From: Candidatus Poribacteria bacterium
Lineage (GTDB): Bacteria > Poribacteria > WGA-4E > WGA-3G
NCBI GenBank assembly: GCA_022827625.1
Contig: JAJEIE010000022.1
Location: 24,293-88,292, forward strand
Reading direction: 5' to 3'
Length of the DNA: 64,000 nt
Part shown: positions 56,036 through 64,000 of the stretch, piece after piece
Position numbering within the stretch: position 1 is the first letter of the stretch
Layout: each line of letters begins with the position of its first letter
Position numbers and translations under genes: made by a program
The notes under the pieces: generated by a model
The model's input: only the letters and a program-made list of their open reading frames with translations
Databases searched by the model: none
Told to the model about the DNA's origin: nothing

Positions 56036-57733
56036 TCATTTTCTTATTACCATCTTGCGTGTGGCGGTGAAATTGCCTGCTATGAGTGTGTAGAAATAGA
56101 TGCCACTTGCCACAGGTTCACCGAATGCGTTTCTGCCATCCCAATAGGCAGCACGGTTGCGGGTCTGATATATACCCGCGGGTTGATGCCCGAATGCCAA
56201 CGTTCTAACGACGTGTCCATCTATGGCGTAGATAGTGAGTGTGACATCGGCATCTTTTGCTAAGTGATACGGTATCCATGTCTCCGGATTGAACGGATTC
56301 GGATAGTTTGCCAACAACGCTGTCTCTTTTGGTGTCAATGCTGCGAGGAGTTGCTCTAAGAACAGGACCCCTCTTTGTGAAGTTGCGTCTGTTAGGTTCA
56401 GCTGCTGTGCTTCAGAAATCCACTTTTTGACATCCGCAGTGGTGAGAGTTGATAGCACTTGAGGATTCAGGGACGGTGCAGCAGCAGCGTTGCCGAGTGC
56501 TCCAGCGACCTTGACGAGATCTCTAATATCAACAACACCGTCGCCGTTGACATCTGCGGTGTTTTGCCCTGCCTGCCCGAGATTTGCAGCAACTAACACG
56601 AGGTCTTGGATGTTTACACTCCCATCACCATTGACGTCTGATGCAATCCGCGAGGGTTTGTCTTCCATTCGTGGAGGGTTCCCTGTGTTCGTAGAAGTGG
56701 TAAAGTCAGCCTCGTCAAGATAGATTTTAAAGAACATTCCCCAATTTCCTGAGTACTCGCTGACTTTAACTAAGAGGAGGTTGTTGCCGGCTTTCAGTTG
56801 TGTGTCGAACCGATTTTGGATGCCCGTTGTTCTCCTGCTGGTTTTCCTTCTGAAAACTACCGTTCCATTGAGCCAAACCTTGACAGAATCATCACTCCCC
56901 ACACCCATTTTCACATTATTTTGATCGCGCGGTGAGACAATGTTAATAAGGGCATAAGCCGTATAGTTACTGAGATTCTTAACTGTGCTGAGCCCAGCTG
57001 CATTTACGACATGCTGGACATTATTTGAGGCACAGAGGAACCAGCCGCAGTGGGTGGAAGGATAGATGCTCTCGCTCGTCCATTGTAATTCGTCTAAAGT
57101 ATCTCCCGCGTTTACACCCTCTTGAGCAACTTGGGTTTCTGTAATCGCGCCATCACTTAAGTGTTCGAGATAATCTATATCTATATCTGAACCTGGCGCG
57201 ATCATCCAGAGCCAGGGGCCTTGGAGATAGTCATACGTCGGAGGCAGCTCTGTTTCCTCTGGCTCCTCTTTTGGGGTATCCTGCTCGTCCTCTGGTGACT
57301 CCTGCTCCATTGATGCCGTCACGGGTATTTGCGCGGTAAGGGCGGGGCCGTTGTATTCTGCTATAGCATCCGTCCCCACGGTGAAGGTCAGGATGGAATC
57401 AGTGTCAAAATCGCCTTCAAATCCCAGTTCAACGGTGATTTGCGTATTACTTATACGATCGACGCCAAACCATGCGGGTCCGAACGTGCCAATCGTTACA
57501 CCAGGAATACCGGACACATCCAAAGCATTTCCGATATGGATTTCAAATCTTTCCCAAATGTGCCCGTTGAGTGTAAGTGTGACAATACTCTCATCTAATG
57601 TCGCCTCGGTTAATGGGGATGCAGCGGACGCGGTTAGGATCTGGGCATAAGTAGTGCCCTGCACACCGAGTAATAACAGGACTATTATGAGAATTGGAGT
57701 GATACTCTTGCAACTCATAATTTTGATTCGCAT
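56036..57733 (-). CDS. Secreted surface protein: 1 copy of the ~106-aa repeat, beta-sandwich (PA14/galactose-binding-like) domain, dockerin, Por_Secre_tail/FlgD-Ig-like C-terminal domain
   Basis: LTEATLDESIVTLTLNG...FEGDFDTDSILTFTVGTDAIAEYNGPALTAQIPVTA; GSDDSVKVWLNG...LLLVKV; DVNGDGSVNIQDL...DVNGDGVVDIRDL; NYPNPFNPETWIPYHLA. RBS AAGGAG before the ATG at 57733. Confidence 0.8.
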   Translation of the reverse strand: MRIKIMSCKSITPILIIVLLLLGVQGTTYAQILTASAASPLTEATLDESIVTLTLNGHIWERFEIHIGNALDVSGIPGVTIGTFGPAWFGVDRISNTQITVELGFEGDFDTDSILTFTVGTDAIAEYNGPALTAQIPVTASMEQESPEDEQDTPKEEPEETELPPTYDYLQGPWLWMIAPGSDIDIDYLEHLSDGAITETQVAQEGVNAGDTLDELQWTSESIYPSTHCGWFLCASNNVQHVVNAAGLSTVKNLSNYTAYALINIVSPRDQNNVKMGVGSDDSVKVWLNGTVVFRRKTSRRTTGIQNRFDTQLKAGNNLLLVKVSEYSGNWGMFFKIYLDEADFTTSTNTGNPPRMEDKPSRIASDVNGDGSVNIQDLVLVAANLGQAGQNTADVNGDGVVDIRDLVKVAGALGNAAAAPSLNPQVLSTLTTADVKKWISEAQQLNLTDATSQRGVLFLEQLLAALTPKETALLANYPNPFNPETWIPYHLAKDADVTLTIYAIDGHVVRTLAFGHQPAGIYQTRNRAAYWDGRNAFGEPVASGIYFYTLIAGNFTATRKMVIRK

Positions 57734-57880
57734 GAGAAACTCCTTTAAGTTCGTTTTCACCACAATCTCCTTCTTGGTAAACGTTTGGAATCTTACGCTC
57801 ATTCTCTGATCCTTCAAGAGCTTGCAGCAATTGTAGGAGGGATGTAACCATTTCCGCAAAAAACACAGAATTTTCCGTTT

Positions 57881-58942
57881 CTATAACGGTAAGGAGATCG
57901 GGGCACCGATTTGGGAGGAACGATACGTCGCCTCTGCTAACGCAATACCATCTCTACCGATACGTCCATGCGTTGTTGGCTCCGCCTCACCGGCGATGCA
58001 CTGGAGCCAATGATCGATGCTTGTGCCTTTCGCTGCGACTCCCCAATATCGCTGCTGCCGCCGTTCCGCTGGCATATTGCGATAGGTGTCGTCGTCTGGG
58101 ACCGGTGCTGTGAACTCTTCTGCGTCTGCCATATCGTGCGTTTTCCAACGGAGACCGTGCCGAATCAGCGTCGCGGAACCTTTGCTCGTGACGAGACCGT
58201 TTCCACTATTTCCGATCTCAGCCGCCCAACTTTTAATCATCATTCCGACACCGCCGTTCTTGAAATGCACTGTTAACACGGCGTTGTTCTCAACGGCTTC
58301 GTCAGGTGGCGGATAGGTGCCGCCGAGTGGGACATGGCTTGTAAACCCATAGACAGTAGAAGCGGGACCATAAAGCCATAACCAGATATCGAGATTGTGG
58401 ATGGCTTGCTCCACGAGCATACCTCCAGATTCTGCCTTGACGAAGAGCCACGGGTGTCGTTCCGGTGAGAACCAACCGACCTGATTGGAATACGCCATCT
58501 GCAGCGTGCCGAGTGTGCCATCGTCCAATAGCGATTTCAGCTTCATGTACCCCGGATCGAACCGCATCATATAGGCGACCATCAGGAGAACACCCGCATT
58601 TTCAGCAGCGGTTATCATTTCGTCCCCTTCTGCGACGTTGCAGCACATCGGCTTCTCTATCAAGATGTGTTTGCCAGCATCGGTCGCAGCACGGGTAATT
58701 TCAAGGTGCGGACGCGGATGGGCACAGACATCCACTGCATCTATATCCTGCCTGTCGAGCAGCGCGCGGTAGTCTGTATAGGCATCTGCTCCGAACAGGT
58801 CCGCTTGTTCACTCGCAGATGCTTCATTGATGTCAGCAATCGCGACAATGTCTGCGCGTCGTGTCAATTCTTGGTAATAGGGTGCGTGGAGGTTGCGGAA
58901 AATACCGCCACATCCGATAATACCAACTCTAAGCTTATCCAT
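57881..58942 (-). CDS. Gfo/Idh/MocA family oxidoreductase
   Basis: MDKLRVGIIGCGGIFRNLHAPYY Rossmann N-terminus, EKPM motif; RBS GAAGGAG. Confidence 0.85.
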   Translation of the reverse strand: MDKLRVGIIGCGGIFRNLHAPYYQELTRRADIVAIADINEASASEQADLFGADAYTDYRALLDRQDIDAVDVCAHPRPHLEITRAATDAGKHILIEKPMCCNVAEGDEMITAAENAGVLLMVAYMMRFDPGYMKLKSLLDDGTLGTLQMAYSNQVGWFSPERHPWLFVKAESGGMLVEQAIHNLDIWLWLYGPASTVYGFTSHVPLGGTYPPPDEAVENNAVLTVHFKNGGVGMMIKSWAAEIGNSGNGLVTSKGSATLIRHGLRWKTHDMADAEEFTAPVPDDDTYRNMPAERRQQRYWGVAAKGTSIDHWLQCIAGEAEPTTHGRIGRDGIALAEATYRSSQIGAPISLPL

Positions 58943-58985
58943 GCGTTTACTCCTTCAAGGCTCATGTTTTTAGTAGGGAGACCAT

Positions 58986-59738
58986 TCATTGCCCGTCCCC
59001 ACCACGGAATGTATCAACCACTTTAAGAATAGGAGGTTCCGCCGTATCCTCTAAGAGCGCGAGTGCTTCGGCGATGATTGCGTGCTGCAATTCTGGGTTG
59101 TTCGGTTCACCGAGTGGATGCCCGAAACCATACGGTACTGCTAACGCGCGCGGTGATCTTACCTTCCTCGTAATATCTTCAATCAGCGTAATTGAGACTG
59201 TAGAAATTCCTGCTGCTTCAACAGCACGTTGTATCAGCCCCACGGACTGATTGCACATCGGTCAGACAGGGGTTAAAAAAGCAACGTCTACACCATCAGT
59301 TTTCAGCATCCGTCCGACCTCAGGCGCGAATTGCGTAATCAGACGGTCTGGTTTTGTAATGGACCCCATAAAACTGAAATGTCTATGGTTTAGCGATCCG
59401 ACTTTACCTTGGGTCTCTAACTCCTTGAATCTGTCAAGTGGAAACGCGAGATTTGGATCCGTTTCGAGACCGCGTTCATCGTAAGCCGCACTTTTATGTC
59501 CATTTATGAGGGCTTGTATTTGAATTGAATTGGGAATTTCGCGGTAGGAACAATCTCCGTTCCCAAAGGGTTCCTGTCCATCGAGAAAAAAACCGGCGGT
59601 TGTAATAAGCGCGACTTTACATTCAGGCAACGGCAAACGTAAAGGTGTGTGAGGCGTCGTTTCATAGTGCTTGCCGCGGTAAAGTTTCATAAAGAATCGA
59701 GAAAGGGAATCAAGTTTACGTAAGGGTGCCATACACAT
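58986..59738 (-). CDS. Glycine/sarcosine/betaine/D-proline reductase B-type (GrdB/PrdB-family) selenoprotein, UGA-Sec at 59262-59264
   Basis: Track ORFs 59262-59738 and 58986-59258 share one frame, separated by TGA plus CCG. The joined product (250 aa) reads ...VDVAFLTPV-U-PMCNQSVGLIQRAVEAAGISTVSITL...; UxxC motif; family-like blocks KVALITTAGFF and AFPLDRFKELE. Confidence 0.75.
59233..59251 (-). promoter_or_regulatory. Candidate bacterial SECIS hairpin
   Basis: Minus-strand RNA AUCAGUCC-GUG-GGGCUGAU (8 bp including one G.U) starting 11 nt after the UGA; G/U-containing apical loop. Confidence 0.5.
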
Positions 59739-59744
59739 CTCATA

Positions 59745-60770
59745 TTAGCCGTTTGCGAAGATGAGCCGTTCCCTATTTTCACACGGGAGCTGTATCGTCT
59801 GGCCGGTGATGCCGCTCTCAATCGTAGCAAATCCAATTTCGTTGACAGCAGTATAATCATCACGCGCACAGTGCGGTACGGGTCCGCCATCCAAGTAATC
59901 CGTAATCTGTTTATACGCAACTTTGAAGGGACTGGCGTTTTCAGGCAGATCGAGCGTAGCATTATCAACCAACTTTCCTTCTTTATGGACGGTTGTGCTG
60001 CTATAGAATCCCGTCTGAACGCTCCCCTCACTGCCGAGAACATCCACAGAAAATCCGCCGCGCGTCCCGTGATTCCCGACATGGAAACCGATAACGCCGC
60101 TTTCATATTGAATGGTTGAACCGACAATCGCAGGTTCAGGTTCATAAGGCTCCGGTACATCTCCACTCCCTTCAACAAACCCTGTTACCGAAATCGGATC
60201 ATAACCGGCAAACTGACAAATCATATCTGTCGTGTGGATAGCGAAAGAGAGGATACCACCCCCACAATACCCGATGACAGTCTGCACCTCACCGATGAGA
60301 CCATCACTGATAAGCGATTGGAGACGGACGAGGTGTGGTCCCCAGTGACGTGTATAGTCAACAACGATTGGGATACCTTTTGCGTCAGCACCTGCGGTCA
60401 TAGCATCGACTTCTTGAAGCGAACATCCAGCGGGTTTTTCGAGGAAAATGGCTTTAATGTCTGCCTTCAAGACGTTCTGCATTACCTTGAAATGGTGCGG
60501 TCCGCGGACGCAGACAGCCACGATGTCTAAATTTTCACTTTCAAGCATCTGCGTATCTGTTTCGTAATAGTTTATAGAATTGTCTGGGAAAGCGGGTCCC
60601 CACACCTGTTGGAATTCTGCTTGGCGGTCCGCAGACATATCTGCAACTGCGACCAATTCAGTCGTTTCACAAAAACGGATACCGCCTGTATGGCAATAGG
60701 GATAAGCGTCGTCTGGTGTTGAATAACGGGAGGCGATACTGCCTAACCCGATGATACCGACACGATACAT
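59745..60770 (-). CDS. Gfo/Idh/MocA family oxidoreductase
   Basis: MYRVGIIGLGSIASRY Rossmann N-terminus, EKPA motif. Start trimmed to the ATG at 60770; stop is 6 nt before the selenoprotein ATG. Confidence 0.85.
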   Translation of the reverse strand: MYRVGIIGLGSIASRYSTPDDAYPYCHTGGIRFCETTELVAVADMSADRQAEFQQVWGPAFPDNSINYYETDTQMLESENLDIVAVCVRGPHHFKVMQNVLKADIKAIFLEKPAGCSLQEVDAMTAGADAKGIPIVVDYTRHWGPHLVRLQSLISDGLIGEVQTVIGYCGGGILSFAIHTTDMICQFAGYDPISVTGFVEGSGDVPEPYEPEPAIVGSTIQYESGVIGFHVGNHGTRGGFSVDVLGSEGSVQTGFYSSTTVHKEGKLVDNATLDLPENASPFKVAYKQITDYLDGGPVPHCARDDYTAVNEIGFATIESGITGQTIQLPCENRERLIFANG

Positions 60771-60881
60771 TGGCACTGCTCCTTTTTGAACGTCTTTAAT
60801 GTCATAGTATAGCAAAAGGATTGTAGCAGGTAAAGGATTTTCTTATCATTGAAATAAGTTATCGATTAAGAAAATGTTGCT

Positions 60882-60896
60882 AATCTATAGCAGATT
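60882..60896. promoter_or_regulatory. Palindromic 14-mer AATCTATAGCAGAT (operator-like), copy 2
   Basis: Lies in the divergent region between 60770(-) and 60984(+), overlapping a possible + strand promoter TTGCTA-18-TATTAT. Confidence 0.35.
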
Positions 60897-60983
60897 GTGC
60901 TATTATTAATGTTAGTGTTAATGCAAGGCTGCGCAACAAAGTAAGGTACCACATCCATAACAAAGCAGGAAATACCCCAAAAA

Positions 60984-61397
60984 ATGGAACACACAACCTC
61001 CGTCGAACTCACAAATTTAGCAGATATCATTTTAGCAAAAGCAGGCGTTATCGATCCTGGAAAAGTGCGCCGCCTTACCGTCGAAAACGCACTCGTCGAC
61101 ACGGGTGCAACAGGCCTCTGCTTACCTACACCCCTCATAGAAAAGCTTGGACTCACGCCGGTAGGGACCTCCACGGCAGAAACCGCCAACGGCATCGTAG
61201 AGCGCACTATCTATTCAGAAGTGGAATATACTATATTGGAACGTACCTATTCTATTCGGGTGACAGACCTTCCAGAATACGCCCCTGTTCTCCTGGGTCA
61301 CATGATATTGGAAGCACTTGATCTCTGTCTTGACATCAAGAAAGGATTAATCCACAACCCTGCACACAATGGGGCATGGACGGTTCGGATACTCTGA
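60984..61397 (+). CDS. Stand-alone retropepsin-like (clan AA) aspartic protease
   Basis: ALVDTGATGLCLP (D-T-G active-site motif) and a hydrophobic-hydrophobic-G (LLG) motif, ~137 aa, typical single-lobe size. Confidence 0.7.
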   Translation: MEHTTSVELTNLADIILAKAGVIDPGKVRRLTVENALVDTGATGLCLPTPLIEKLGLTPVGTSTAETANGIVERTIYSEVEYTILERTYSIRVTDLPEYAPVLLGHMILEALDLCLDIKKGLIHNPAHNGAWTVRIL

Positions 61398-61439
61398 ACG
61401 TTATTGGGATGTCCTGACCCGGAAATAACGACACGCCTA

Positions 61440-64000
61440 ATGCGATTCTTAATATCAATACTTCTTACTTTTTACGCCGTTATCAACTTTGTGTCCGCAG
61501 ATACATGGCTGTGCGGAACACCACTTCTGCATCAAGAACACCCACCACAACATCCGCCCGAAGCAATTGCCGCTGCTCCTGCCGCGCCCGTTCAGATTGG
61601 ACAGACAGAACGTTTTTTTATTCACATCCCCGAAGCAGAAGTAACAGCTACCTGTATCGCTAAGAGCGAACACCTCTACGTCTATGTTGATAATTCAGTG
61701 CGCGACATGCTCACAGCTGCCGAAGCAGCCGCAATCACAAGAGAATTTGACACACGCATCTATCCAAGCGTCCGAGAGTGGATGGGAAGTGAATGGAAGC
61801 CCGGGCTGGATAGGGACAACCGTATAACACTCCTGATGCACGATGTCGGTATGAATAATTCTGGAGAGGACTACGGCGGCTATTTCGCGTCCACCGATCA
61901 GATACCTACAGCACCGAATAGCAATCGTCGCGAAATGCTCTATATGGATATCTTCCAGTTCAAAGAACGCTCAAGACACACCTTTTACAGCAGTCTCGCA
62001 CACGAATTCGCACATCTCATCAATTGGTTTCAAAATGGTGGAACATCCGATCAACGGTGGTTAGAGGAAGGTACGGCATCCTTCGTAGAGTGGGCAGTTT
62101 ATGGAACGGTACACACCCTCTTTGTTGACGGCTACCTGTCCAACCCGAGCATTTCGCTCGTCTACGCAAACACATGGGAGGTCTATTACGGTGCGGCTTT
62201 CATGCTCATGCTTTATCTCTACGAACAGCATGGCGAAAAAGAACTCATTCACACCCTCGCAGCATCAGACGCACTCGGTGAACAGGCGATAAATGCTGCT
62301 TTGGCAAGCAGGGTTACAAACCCTTCCAACCCGAATGTTCGCTTTCCTGAAGTCTTCTTGAATTGGGGTCTCGCGAATTGGACGAACACGCAAGCGAGAA
62401 ACAGACAACTCGGCTATGCCAACCTTCGCGACCGAAGAGTGAATGCCGCGGTGCCGCGCGTTTCTAATTATCCAAACAGAGCAAACAATCTCCCGATTGA
62501 CCGGTGGAGTGTCCACTACACCGTCTTCCAGAATCTACCAGAAACCTTAGATCTGTCGGTGACCGGTGCCAATACGGGGAACCTCTATGCGACAACCCTC
62601 TATCTCACACCTGATGGACAGACAGTGATTACACCCATCCCATTCGATACCGAGAATAGAGGGCATATCCGACCAGAAGGACTCCAGCGGCGTGGGGAAC
62701 TTGTGTTGATGGTAACAACGGATACCTCAGGAACGTTCCATTACGTCGCTGCAGCTCCACCCGATATCAGTGATGCTGAAAGGGCAATAGGTCCACTTCG
62801 CCAACGTGTATCAGACGTTATCCCCGATGCTGTAACTTTTGCCCTCAAAAACCATACGCAACCCAGCTACCGACTCACAGATCTCACGCCGAAAAAGTAT
62901 CTTGAACCGAAGACGCAGATCCATCTCGCAAGCGACTATACCGATGTCGAAATAGGGGGTATAGACGAAGACTATCTCTACGCAGCAAGTCACTGGGGAC
63001 TTGAAATTTTTACGCTCATTGAACCGACAAAACCGACGCACGTCGGTGAAATCGCGACACCTGGGCAGGCGAGAGCCGTCGCTGTTGATGGTGAAACGGC
63101 TTATATTGCCGATGGTGCCGCAGGTGTACACGTTATCGACATCGCTGTACCAACGGATCCAAGTATTACGAAGACGATCCGTGGTTTCACAGACGCAAGT
63201 CAAGTTCATATCACTGATGAACACCTGTATGCTCTTGATAGGGACCGCGGGATGTTGGCTTTCAATCTCCGAGATGTTCACAACGTCCTAACACCACAAC
63301 CCCGACGTTTCTTTCGCACGGCAGGCACACCGCTCAATGTCACAATTTATGAGGATACCGTCTATTTCAGCGACGACAGACACGGACTTTTTATTCTTGA
63401 TCCAAGCCCATTCGGTGACTTTGTCGTCCGGAGCACCGTCCCAATTTTAGCCACGGCGTATCAGATCGCCCAAGTAGGAAATGCCTCTTACGCCTACGTT
63501 GCTTCAGGTAATCTGACTTTAGTCGATGTTACAGACCCCCAAAATCCGCAAACAGGTCTCAGATTAAACACGCCAGGGTTCGCAACTGGCATCCAGTTCC
63601 AAGACAATATCGTCTATCTCACTGACCAACAAGCCGGTTTACATATCATTGACGTTCGTAACCCACAACAACCGCAACGCCTCTCTTCACAACCGACATT
63701 TGGCAATGCAAAGCATGTGGCACTTCGGGACACACTCGCCTACATCGCCGACGGAAAAGGTGGTATCCAAACTATTGATATAAGTCAACCGAAATCGCCG
63801 AAGTGGTTACACCGATATGCCTTCGGTGATAGGGCTTATGGACTTGATGTCGTCAAAGCTGGAATAGACACCCGAACCATCTACGTCGCTAATGGCACAG
63901 GTGGACTGAAGACGCTCGAATTCACAACGCCTTATCAAGGGACGATGACAGAAAGCCTATCATTTTCTACGAACCCTCGGATCTCTGGCGATTCACTTGA
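61440..64000 (+). CDS. Secreted zincin metallopeptidase-like domain + LVIVD-repeat beta-propeller protein, 3' end beyond window
   Basis: Absent from ORF track (no stop in window). Frame open from the ATG at 61440: MRFLISILLTFYAVINFVSA (signal), HEXXH = LAHEFAHLINW...EEGTASFVEW, then LVIVD-type repeats (AYIADGAAGVHVIDIAVPTDP, GLHIIDVRNPQQP, GGIQTIDISQPKSP). Confidence 0.7.
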   Translation, partial: MRFLISILLTFYAVINFVSADTWLCGTPLLHQEHPPQHPPEAIAAAPAAPVQIGQTERFFIHIPEAEVTATCIAKSEHLYVYVDNSVRDMLTAAEAAAITREFDTRIYPSVREWMGSEWKPGLDRDNRITLLMHDVGMNNSGEDYGGYFASTDQIPTAPNSNRREMLYMDIFQFKERSRHTFYSSLAHEFAHLINWFQNGGTSDQRWLEEGTASFVEWAVYGTVHTLFVDGYLSNPSISLVYANTWEVYYGAAFMLMLYLYEQHGEKELIHTLAASDALGEQAINAALASRVTNPSNPNVRFPEVFLNWGLANWTNTQARNRQLGYANLRDRRVNAAVPRVSNYPNRANNLPIDRWSVHYTVFQNLPETLDLSVTGANTGNLYATTLYLTPDGQTVITPIPFDTENRGHIRPEGLQRRGELVLMVTTDTSGTFHYVAAAPPDISDAERAIGPLRQRVSDVIPDAVTFALKNHTQPSYRLTDLTPKKYLEPKTQIHLASDYTDVEIGGIDEDYLYAASHWGLEIFTLIEPTKPTHVGEIATPGQARAVAVDGETAYIADGAAGVHVIDIAVPTDPSITKTIRGFTDASQVHITDEHLYALDRDRGMLAFNLRDVHNVLTPQPRRFFRTAGTPLNVTIYEDTVYFSDDRHGLFILDPSPFGDFVVRSTVPILATAYQIAQVGNASYAYVASGNLTLVDVTDPQNPQTGLRLNTPGFATGIQFQDNIVYLTDQQAGLHIIDVRNPQQPQRLSSQPTFGNAKHVALRDTLAYIADGKGGIQTIDISQPKSPKWLHRYAFGDRAYGLDVVKAGIDTRTIYVANGTGGLKTLEFTTPYQGTMTESLSFSTNPRISGDSL

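Overview
Gene-dense, mid-GC chromosomal window from an uncultured-looking Gram-negative heterotroph. I call about 47 CDS, roughly 85% on the minus strand. By eye I found no rRNA, tRNA, CRISPR array, transposase or integrase.

Gene content: sulfatase plus two FGE/SUMF1 proteins, three Gfo/Idh/MocA dehydrogenases, a UxaA-like dehydratase, an SDR+FAH pair, PhyH, a CRTAC1/ASPIC protein, and LamG/DUF1080 lectin-fold proteins. It also holds many lipoproteins and three giant surface proteins built from LRR, cadherin, lamin-tail, dockerin and Por_Secre_tail/FlgD-Ig-like C-terminal domains. This suggests a marine glycan-degrading member of an FCB/PVC-like or Poribacteria-like candidate lineage; that is a taxonomic guess only.

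Most notable observations:
1. Two adjacent ORFs (58986-59738) are really one GrdB/PrdB-family selenoprotein. It has an in-frame UGA (motif U-P-M-C) and a SECIS-like hairpin, sits between two Gfo/Idh/MocA dehydrogenases, and selA lies in the same window.
2. An undescribed ~106-aa repeat domain occurs seven times in tandem in a 1419-aa surface protein and once in a neighbouring protein. Two copies are nearly identical at the DNA level.
3. A protein with a compact PARP/Tpt1-like ADP-ribosyltransferase-fold N-terminus fused to HEAT repeats lies next to an RCK potassium-channel homologue whose selectivity filter reads TTAGHDD.
4. Candidate defence or TA-type modules: XRE-ImmA/IrrE + DUF4411, an MNT-HEPN fusion, and a UvrD helicase fused to a Cas4/AddB-like nuclease domain.
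5. The intergenic repeat landscape is rich. It includes tandem heptanucleotide tracts directly upstream of start codons, a ~145-bp imperfect palindrome, at least four dispersed repeat families, and a 1.27-kb non-coding island (34776-36041) holding copies of most of them.

Notes on the ORF track: non-ATG starts (TTG/GTG) are printed as M, many ORFs carry spurious N-terminal extensions that I trimmed, and ORFs running off either end are missing. I added 1-207(-) and 61440-64000(+). All family assignments come from motif recognition by eye and need HMM confirmation.
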